NCBI RefSeq assembly: GCF_001194135.2
Contig: NC_068995.1
Coordinates: 51,012,344 to 51,076,343 of the forward strand
Direction of reading: 5' to 3'
Source: Octopus bimaculoides
Lineage: Eukaryota
DNA: 64,000 bases
Shown here: piece by piece, positions 54,596 to 64,000 of the stretch
How positions within the stretch are numbered: the stretch's first letter is position 1
Layout: each line of letters opens with the position of its first letter
Notes under the pieces: generated by a model
The model's input: the letters and a program-made list of their open reading frames with translations, nothing else
Told to the model about the DNA's origin: nothing
The model's database searches: none
Position numbers and translations under genes: made by a program

Positions 54596-55522
54596 TTTCT
54601 GTGGGTTCTCCTGCTTGTGTGACATGGTGCAGAGTCCTGTTCNNNNNNNNNNNNNNNNNNNNNNNNNNNNNNNNNNNNNNNNNNNNNNNNNNNNNNNNNN
54701 NNNNNNNNNNNNNNNNNNNNNNNNNNNNNNNNNNNNNNNNNNNNNNNNNNNNNNNNNNNNNNNNNNNNNNNNNNNNNNNNNNNNNNNNNNNNNNNNNNNN
54801 NNNNNNNNNNNNNNNNNNNNNNNNNNNNNNNNNNNNNNNNGGTACATGTTTTGGGGACACAGCAAGCCAACAGTTGTTCTGTGTGTTCACTGTCTAATCC
54901 TGGCAGAATTTTTTCTCGTCTGAGAAAAACCAAAGCATGTTCAGTTGGAAGGGGTGCTTGAGTTTGTTCAAAAGCTTTGTGGCATGGTCTTTCTTCTTGT
55001 TTTTGATGGCTTGGGATAAAAATTGGTCCTTTCTCATCTTGTATGAGGAATACTGAATGTCTTCATGCATTACCTGCCTGATGAGAAACTCAGACACTCC
55101 CATATCCCTGGTGATGGACCCGATTGACTTGGAGGGATTGTTGTCAATTATGGCCTGGATCTCACCAACAAATTCAGAAGTTCTTTTCTTATCAGAACAA
55201 TCAGAGTGAGTTTGCCAAGCTGCTGTACCTTTGTAATCACCGTTAGACTCATTCAACTTTTTCTAGATCCTTTGCACTGTCCTCAGATTGACACCCAAAC
55301 ACTCTGAAATGTTTGTATTGGGGCTTCTGATATGAATGCCAAGCAGTACAGCATGTCGTTTCCAAATTACTGGCAGAGCGAATTGCATCATGGTGCTGGT
55401 TTTCTCACAGACAGTATCCAACTGACCCGACTATACTGTGTAGTCGACAAAATCAAAAACAAACAATGAGTATGCACAAAATTAAAAATATAAAATGGCG
55501 ACAATTTACCCATTGCACACTG
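54596..55522 (-). mobile_element. Decayed, 3'-truncated Tc1/mariner (maT/DD37D-like) DNA transposon with transposase pseudogene
   Basis: Left TIR CAGTGTGCAATGGGTAAATTGTCGCC next to TA at 55523-24. Translation gives an HTH-like N-terminus, WFFSDEKKFCQD and, across the N gap, QDSAPCHTSRR. In-frame stops near 55262 and 54894; no second TIR seen. Confidence 0.88.
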
Positions 55523-57905
55523 TATATACTACCATATGTGTAAAATGTGTCGGTGGCACATGAAAAACACCCATTACAGTCTCAGAGAGGTTGGCATTAG
55601 GGAAGGACATCCAAATCAGACTGGAACCTGGTGCAGCTCTCTGGCTTGCCAGTTCCAGTCAAACTGTCTAACCTATGCCAGCATGGAAAGCAGATGCTAA
55701 ATGATCATGGTGATGATAATGATATACATACATACATACATATATACATTCTCTTTGCAATATGAATGTTAATGTTACTAATTCCCTCTAGCATTCATAA
55801 TCTAGCACTTTATATAGAACACGTAATGCCTAAAGGATATACAACTATTCTAACTGTGAAATTTTATTGGCAATTATTCAGTTGCCTGCAGCTAATGCCT
55901 ACTACCTACCTATGACTGCTCCTAACTATAGATCCTGTTGTCAAAGAGTTAAAACCAGTTCACGTTTACAGTTGCTAGCAGCAGCAGCATCGGTTGTAAT
56001 GGCTGCTGCATATAATATTCCAAGGGAAGTCAATGCACTTAGAACTGAAAGAGGCACACACATAGAGAGGGAGCATGGTAAAGAGGAAAAAAAAAATGAG
56101 ACATGGGCCTTGTTATTTTCAAATGTATTAATTTGGTATTGATGAAATTCTAGATATGCTGCTGCTTCTGCCAACAAAGAAATCATATACATCACCTAAC
56201 ATTACAGATTCTGATACCAGCACAAGGCCTCTCAGGTTTACAGTGGTAAAGAAATGGAAGATATGCTGTTCATATCCATCTGTAAGGGGCATTAGCAATA
56301 TATGAGATATTATGTGAACTTTGCTTCTCACCCTCCAGATCAACCCTAATTGAAAAGGCTTCATTATCAAAGGTGATCTTGCCCGGGCCTTCATCTTATT
56401 TCAGATATTATGCATCTTGGGCAACAACACCGATATTTCTTTCCAATTTTTTTTTAATGTGATTTGCAGGGAACTTGACTGCTATTTCTAACAGGTCAAG
56501 TGTCCACCTAAAGATTCTTACATCGGCCTTGTCGAGTGATACGTTATACAGCAAAGCAGCAGACGTTTTTACACATCAAGGCAGTCAGAACAATGTTCTT
56601 GTTATGTCAATAGACTTCTGTGTCTCATTAACAAAATATTGATTTTGTTGAAACTTAATTTCATTAATAATGTTTGTTTGAAAATTAGATTAAAAATTAA
56701 AGAAGAAAGGGAATACAAAATTACAAAGTAGAAGAGAATGAAATAAGTATGACCTTTAGATGGAAAAAGGAAGCATTTAAATACAGATGATTTATGATAT
56801 TATATTTTATAATAATAATAATTTATGAAATTATTATTAAATAAATAAAAACTTCAAACTTATACAACAGGATCCAGCTGTATAGAGCTTTTTTGCATTA
56901 TATAAATCAGGGTAATATTTTCTTACAGAATCTTCTAACCCTTACATGTGTGTGCAGCTTATATATACCGAAAGACCATATTATAACCATGAACCTTCAG
57001 ACACACTTGTTTTCTCAGTCCCCCCCCCAACTCTTTCTCCAGTCAGCTGCTCTTTTATAAGCAAACTCTTTACAACTTCTGTTTCAGCCCACCTGATGCA
57101 CACACAACTTATTAATACTTACTAAACTTTATTTATTGAATATGTTGTAGTCAATCATTCCTCACTGCTTAGCCCCGGGTCATTCATACTATCAAAGCAT
57201 TCTAGTGATAGCAATACAAGTTTCTTTTTATCAAAATACATTGTATATGGAACCACATTGAGCAATGCGTGTTTCTGTCTTTAAATAGTTAGTGTGCTTT
57301 GAGGGATATTGGCTGCTATTTCTAGCAGATTGAGAATCTACTTATAAATGTCATGTGTACTTCTTCAAATGATTGAAGGTAAAATATCATCATCAACATC
57401 ATCATTACTACTTCTACTACTATCACAACTATTTATTTATTCATGCACTACATCTGATAAAATAGCCAAGTGCTTAGCCTTTTGGTGCTTGGTCCTATTG
57501 ATTATACTGACCCTGAAAGGATGAAAGGCAAAATTAACTTCAATCAGATTTGAACTCAGAATGTAAAGAGTTATAACTAAAATTTGCAATGCTCTAATTT
57601 TCAAAGGATTTTGCCAATGTACAGCTTAGTGCATGTTATATAATCTTTATAAATTTCTCAGCAAGAAACAAGAGCAGCAAAGAATTCAATCTCATATAAA
57701 ACAAACTACTTGCTTGCTTTATTTGTAGCTTGGATATGTTCTCATAGTTTGCACAATATTTATAGCTAGCTGCTGTAGTTGCTTGACAAACTAATTCAAC
57801 AACTACAAACAAGTGCAGCTAATTAAAGAAGTTACCTGATTTAAACATATCAAACCAGCTGTTTCCCTTAACATTAATAAAATACAGTAGTCATTGCTAT
57901 TAACT

Positions 57906-58228
57906 AGCACTCTGTCAGTTACAATGATGAGAGTTCTAGTTGATCCAATCTACAGAACAACCTGCTCATGAAATTAATGTGCATGTGGCTGAGTACTCCA
58001 TGGCCATGTGTACCCTTAATGTAGTTCCCAGGGAGATTTAGTGCGATACCGAGTGTGACAAGGCTGGCCCTTTGAAATACAGACACTGCTCATTTTTGCC
58101 AGCTGAGTGGACTGAAGCAGTATGAAATAAAGTGTTTTGCTCAAGGACACAACATGCCTCCAGGAATCGAACTCATGACCTTGTGATTATGAGTCGAATG
58201 CTTTAACCACTAAGCCACGTGCCTTCAC
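57906..58228 (-). mobile_element. tRNA-derived SINE family D
   Basis: Head TGGCTTAGTGGTTAAAG...GAGTTCGATTCC, core GTGTCCTTGAGCAA...TCCACTCAGCTG. Homologues at 52295-52650 (-), 61356-61705 (+), ~41190 (+) and ~29310 (-). Confidence 0.8.
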
Positions 58229-59382
58229 TCATTGCTATTAGAAGTTATTTTTTAAGTCATCAATAAGATTGTAGAATATTTTTAAACCACACACAAAAAA
58301 AACCTTGTGAGATGTTTTGATATTTTTTTTTACTCTTTCCAGTTATTGCACAGAGTACAGACTTCAAGAGTACAGTTGAATATAGCTCAACACACTGGTA
58401 CTTATTTTATCATCCCTGGGGCAAAAGGCAAAACTGAGTCAGTAAGATCTGAGCTCAGAATGTCAATGGACAGAATCAAAAGCCAAAAAGCATTTGACTG
58501 ATGTTCTTCTACTAATCCAACTATACGGAAATGAGAAAAAAAAGAAAAAGAAAAAAGAAACTCTTAAATAGATTCCATGAACAAGTTAAACATTATTTAG
58601 TTACTATTTTCAAGAGCCTAATTTCAACAAGTATGTCATTTCTATCAACAACTCGTAAGTTCAAACAGACGCAATGTAGCTTGTTGCAAGAGACAATTAA
58701 ATTAGTATTTTAAATAATGGCAATTAAGTTTTGACTTTAATCTGAAAGAAAGACATGAAATAAACATATTTCTGATGTTCATTTTAAAGAAAACACACAC
58801 TTTTCTCTGTTGTTATGACACTTTGTCACAAGAAAAATTGAAAAATTATTTACAAAGATAATAGCTGGGCGTCTAGTTGGATTTCTCCAAGTATCAAACA
58901 AATCCAATCACACTTCGTATTTTGGTAAAAATTAAAAGAATGACAATTCATAAAGCAAGGTTATGTCTATCATCTGTCAATCAGGGACATTTCGTGGATA
59001 GAGACAGACATATCCTTACTAGCACTAGTGGGATATATCCGTGGTACATTAGTGTCTACAACAGATAGTTTTCTTCTAGCTACACACACAGACATTGGAA
59101 CAAGAAATATGAACTCATGATTTCAGGTTATGAATTTAATTCAATCAACCATTGAAACTGGCTTTGCTGTTCAACTTACGAAAGAGACAGTGGAAATGTG
59201 TTGATGGGTCAATAAGGACCAATCAAGCACAGAGCTCTTTTCCTCGAAAATTTGTGTACTTGGTGCTTAAGTCACAAATCATCATCTTTATCAGTAACAG
59301 TTGTGAAGATGTCTTTAAATTTGCTTATGCCACATTCCTGGCAACAAGAGCCTTCATTCCTGACACCCCATGCGACATACAC

Positions 59383-59575
59383 ACTCTTTTACTTGTTTCA
59401 GTCATTTGACTGCGGCCATGCTGGAGCACCACCTTTAGTCAAGCAAATCAACCCCAGAGCTTATTCTTTGTATACCTAGTACTTATTCTATCAGTCTCTT
59501 TTGCCGAACCGCTAAGTTACAGGGACGTAAACACACCAGCATCGGTTGTCAAGCAATGTTGGGGGACGAACACAG

Positions 59576-59612
<37 letters not shown>

Positions 59613-59783
59613 CACACACATACATATACAACGGGCTTCTTCCAGTTTCCGTCTACCAAATCCACTCACAAGGCTTTGGTTGGCCCGAGGCTACAGTAGA
59701 AGACACTTGTCCAAGGTGCCACACAGTGGGACTGAACCCGGGACCATGTGGTTGGTAAGCAAGCTACTTACCACACAGCCACT
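59383..59783 (-). mobile_element. SINE-like family A, near full-length copy (tRNA-like head, internal (TA/CA)n)
   Basis: Head GGCTGTGTGGTAAG...GGGTTCAGTCCC. Homologous copies near 12843, 15625, 17336, 18134, 19047, 29520, 31766, 32937, 44760, 46180, 47820 and 48930. Confidence 0.85.
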
Positions 59784-62307
59784 TCCAAACCAGAAAAGAT
59801 ATTTCAGAGTGAGAGATGAGAACCTCTAGACATAAGCCTGCTTTATCAGGCTGACCTGGTACTAAACAACCAATAGACAGACAAACTAACAAGTGAAGCC
59901 TTCATGTCATCACTTAACCTGCTAGAAATAGCAGTCAAATCCCACTATCTACAAAAAAAAGGAAGGCCATAGTCTCAGAAAGAATGTCTGGCCATAGCTA
60001 GATTTTAATCACAGATCTGCTTTATCAGGCTGACCTGGTACTAAACAATCAATAGAAATAGATAGAGCATAAGGAAATCCAAACTGCAACTATCTTGTCT
60101 ATTAACAACGTTAGTAACTATATGGAAAAATAAATGCAGTCAATGAGGCTTTGGTTTCTATTTTTGTTGATTTTATTTCCCTTCCTTCCACTATCACTCT
60201 ATAAATGAAAGTGTGATTAAATTCAACAGCAGCCATTGGAAACAACCTTGGGTTGTTATTGCAGGATGGGCTTCAACACCTAATAAACATAAAGGAATTA
60301 CATCAATTTGTAATTAAAACATTTCTGACAAAAGACATAAGATAATTTAGATAAGGCTTAAATTTATCTTGGAAGAAACACACAGAGTTTTTTTAAACGT
60401 GCTAAAATATAAATGCTTTTGTTACATCCCTTTGTGCTCTGAGTTCGAATCCTACTACATAGTCGACAAAATAAGAAGCAGTGAAGGCCTAGGGTCGACA
60501 TAATTGATTTTACCCACTGCCCAAATATCTGTGGTATTGAACCTAGGCTGGAAATCAAAATACTAAAGTACACTGACTACTCCCAATGTCCGTAATGTCT
60601 ACGGTGCGATAGAATTGACCCTAAACACATAACTGCGTGATGGCACCTGTGCCAGTGGAGCACTAAGAGCACTGTCCGAGCGTGATCGTTGCCAGAGCTG
60701 CTGTCTGGCTTCCGTGCCGGTGGCACATAAATAGCACCATTTGAGCGTGATCGTTACCAACGTCACCTTCCTGGCACTTGTGCCACTGGACTGGCTCCTG
60801 TGCAGGTGACACATAAAATACACCATTTCGAGCGTGGCCGTTGCCAGCACCCTAACCACTAAGCCAATCACCTCCAGATTATTTCAGAAAAGCTATTAAT
60901 TACAGGAGAAATGAGTAATATACTGTGTTCATTAAAAGAAAAGTGGTGTTGGTGTAAACATCTTTAAACTCAGTTTTTGTTTTCATTTTGTTTTTTTTTT
61001 CTGAGTTTATATCAAAACAGGTCACCTTTGCTTTTTACTCTTTTTAATGTTAATAAGAAGTTGTAAGCTTGGTACTTGGCTTTTTCGAAATGACATCACA
61101 TTCACAAATGTTTTCATATTCTAGCATTAAAATAAACAACCTGTTTTTACCTTGTGGTGTTTAACTGCAGTTGAAGGCCAGAAGAGGAGGGTGGGGGTGG
61201 GAGTGGGTATTTAACAAATCTTATAACCTGAAGGGGTGGACAGGTCGACAGAATGCAAAGATGTAGGTTTCAGCAATGTGACAATGTCAGTAATAATTGT
61301 TCCTAACATAGGCACAAGACCTTGGAATGTTGGGAGTGGAGTGGGGGGTGGGCTGGTGAAGGTACATAACTGAGTGGTTAGAGTGTCGGGCTCACAATCA
61401 CGAGGTTGTGAGTTCAATTGCCAGACTGGGCTGTATGTTGTGTTCTTGAGCAAGACACTTTATTTCATGTTGCTCCAGTTCACTCAGCTGTAGAAATGAG
61501 TTGCAATGTCACTGGTGCCAAGCTGTATCAGCCCCTTTGCCTTTCCCTTGGCCAAACATTGGTGGCATGAAGAGGGGAGGCTGGTATGCATGGCGACAGC
61601 TGGTTTTCCATAAACAACCTTGCTTGAACTTGTGGCTCAGAGGGTAACTTTCTAAGAGCAATCCCATGGTCAATCATGACCGAAGGAGGTCTTTACCCCT
61701 TTACCTGGGGAAGGGATGAGTCAATTACTTCGACCCCAATATTCAACTGGTACTTATTTTATCAGTTGAATTGTTGTCACCTCATGTTTTTTGTCAGATA
61801 CTACCTAATCATTTGTCCCAGTTAGAAGCTGAGCTGATTCAACAAATGGGAGCTCATTAATGTCATCGTCAGGCATGTGGAGAATGTTACCCAGTTGATT
61901 CAGACACTGGAACTGAGTGAAGTAGGAGTGGAAGATTGTTGTTGTTGTTTTATGATACAATTATATTGTGCCCCACCTATTTATTTCAAAGATTTTATGG
62001 GATAACTTGAAGGTATTTGGCAGCTATTTCTAGCAGGTCAGGCAACCACATAGAGGTTCTCTGAAATTTGTTTTTTAGGCGAACTAAACTTTGACTGAAG
62101 GCATTCCTGCATGACTATATACATCTGCCTTTGTTTTTGAGTTTGGTTTGCAAGGTTCTTGATGTGAATTTGTGTCTTGAGAGAGTCATTACACCAACGG
62201 TTGCCCTAAACCAGGACTGACAAATTGATGTTGTTTAGACTCAGATCAAGAAGGCCAATGGTCAACGATATTAGAGAGGTTGGAGGTGGGGTTCAGACAT
62301 AGTTTAC

Positions 62308-62633
62308 CTCAGACTGACTGGCCTTCGTAGGATTTCCGAGCGAGATCGTTGCCAGTGCCCCTGGACTGGCTCTTGTGCGGATGGCACATAAAATACACCA
62401 TTTTGAGCGTGGCCGTTGCCAGTAGCCCCTGACTGGCCTTCGTGCGGGTGACACGTAAAAGCACCCGCTACACCCTCTGAGTGGTTGGCGTTAGGAAGGG
62501 CATCCAGCTGTAGAAACTCTGCCAAATCAGATTGGAGCCTGGTGTAGCCATCTGGTTCACCAGTCCTCAGTCAAATCGTCCAACCCATGCTAGCATGGAA
62601 AGCGGACGTTAAACGACGATGATGATGATGATG
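62308..62633 (+). mobile_element. SINE/LINE-tail family C with (GAT)n tail and internal GC-rich repeats
   Basis: Ends CATGGAAAGCGGACGTTAAACGA(TGA)n. Partial copies near 8230, 12990, 13915, 15455, 29760, 53200, 55550 and 60630. Confidence 0.85.
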
Positions 62634-63770
62634 TCCTGCTCCTTTTTAGAAATCGTTGTGTGCAATTTGAGAGAGATGCGACTGCTATCTACAAAAGTTT
62701 TGAGAGCCGTGTAGAGCCCGCCATTGGTTCGTTTACAAATTTGTAAACTCACGATTGTGTTTGATCAATGAAAATCCTAAGTTACCATTCATGTAATATA
62801 ATGAAATTTTAAGATTTTAATCTAAATATGAACATTTTAGAATAAGCACGTCCAGATGAGAGATAAATCCTTTTCTAGACAGAATATCAGACAACTTCAA
62901 GTAACACTGCCAGATGTTCTGGTTCCTTTTCCTTGACAGATAGCTGGACTTACAATGCAGACTGGGGTTTCTTAAAGTGGATTCTGTAAAAAATTTTTGG
63001 GTACCGCTAAATAGAATACCTTCTAATTCAATTCATTTTATAAAAGAAAAGCTTTCTGTTATTTTCAGAATAATTTCTCTCCTTTTCAAGAATAAATTCT
63101 TTCTAAAACAATTTTTTATTCATTTAATGTCTTCTCAAAAAATTAGGGTGGTAGAAATTGTCCGTAAAATATGGTTCCGAGCCAAAATAAAATTGGAAAA
63201 CTGGGGTGTAGACAAACGATAAGTTAACCACCGAGTAGCACAGGCCTGCTGGAAATAGCACTAAAACCACACCTTAAGATTTTAAGAAAGGAAGAACACA
63301 TTGGACAATATAGTCCTAGGTAACCAAAAAGACGGGATGAGCAAGGCTGGAATGACATTAATCATAGATGTATTCAATTAGGGTCTAAACAAAACAACGT
63401 AAATTATCCACACACCAAAGATAAAGAATATGTACACCCAAGGTTGAAAACGGGTGGTGTGCGTATTCTTTACCTCCGCCTACCAATGAGGTTAACCGAT
63501 GTAGAAACACAATAAACACCTGCAATGGATCTTAACTCCATCTATGGATCTATGGATACCCGATATTGGATATCGGGTATCTCGTACGTTACGGTCTGAA
63601 ACAATTTAATTTTTTCCTGTTTTGATTTGAACCCCCTAAATTTTCCCTCGTGCATAAAAAAACTTTATCCCAATTACAGCTTTTCAACAGTAAACTCTAT
63701 ATGAAACACTAAAATACTACGTATTCATGGACTGTACTCAATTTCATTACAGATTACTGCATGTGCTAAC

Positions 63771-63781
63771 GCGCATGCGCA
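63771..63781. promoter_or_regulatory. NRF1/Ewg-type palindromic motif GCGCATGCGC(A) in a locally CpG-richer segment
   Basis: Exact motif seen; CpGs are visibly more frequent around 63450-63800 than in neighbouring unique DNA. Function is inferred only. Confidence 0.35.
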
Positions 63782-64000
63782 AAAAACACGAATCGGAGTG
63801 TTTATTTTTTGAAGGAAAAAAAGAAATCTATTTCAAACCCTAAAGTTAACAAGAACCACCGAATATCTTATTCTTATGCCCTCGGCTATTTTAATATCCA
63901 CCACTAACCTGTCCTATCGCTGCTATATCAAAAAAAAAAAAAAGTTACCGAAATATGCAAAGTTTATAAAAGAAATATGGTTAACACCTGGCCACCAAAA

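Noticed and set aside
55911-56045. Strong acceptor/donor pair on the minus strand as a possible USP3 exon 2
   Set aside because: Stops in all three frames and no ZnF-UBP motif.
59169-59260. Donor gtaagt preceded by DPSTHFHCLF, resembling the end of USP3 exon 1
   Set aside because: In-frame TGA just upstream with no ATG or acceptor, and the phase cannot complete C-x2-C.
60630-62470. Repeat-spacer-like GC-rich units suggesting a CRISPR array
   Set aside because: Eukaryotic context; the units are degenerate, lie inside a dispersed retroposon, and no cas genes are present.
62953-62982. 30-nt AG/GT-bounded segment (ttttacag|...|gtaagt)
   Set aside because: No USP3 similarity and no ATG; such sites arise by chance in AT-rich DNA.

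Overview
Eukaryotic, strongly AT-rich, repeat- and microsatellite-laden genomic DNA with 12 N-gaps. The SINE families and (TA)n/(CA)n/(ATC)n load resemble an octopus (coleoid cephalopod) genome; this is an inference, as no search was run. The ORF track is mostly microsatellite, gap or repeat noise. Hand splicing reveals a minus-strand ubiquitin carboxyl-terminal hydrolase 3 (USP3)-like gene. It has 13 coding exons from 47694 down to the stop at 6560, all with GT-AG junctions and consistent phases (1375 nt, about 457 aa). They encode the C-terminal half of the ZnF-UBP domain and a complete USP catalytic domain (GLRNLGNTCFMN Cys box, QQQDAHEF, GSGHY His box, WYHFND). The N-terminal exon(s) were not found in the window. 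The introns hold many SINE-like repeats, hAT, Tc1/mariner and piggyBac-like MITEs, a decayed mariner transposase, and RTE and R4/Dong LINE 3' fragments. They also hold several long fold-back structures: a ~750 bp palindrome at 51.4-52.2 kb, 157 bp and 82 bp near-perfect palindromes, and a SINE/Penelope-like fold-back carrying a degenerate hammerhead-like core. A phase-consistent chain of candidate small exons at 0.56-4.4 kb may be a second, unrecognised gene. No prokaryote-type system (CRISPR etc.) is present.
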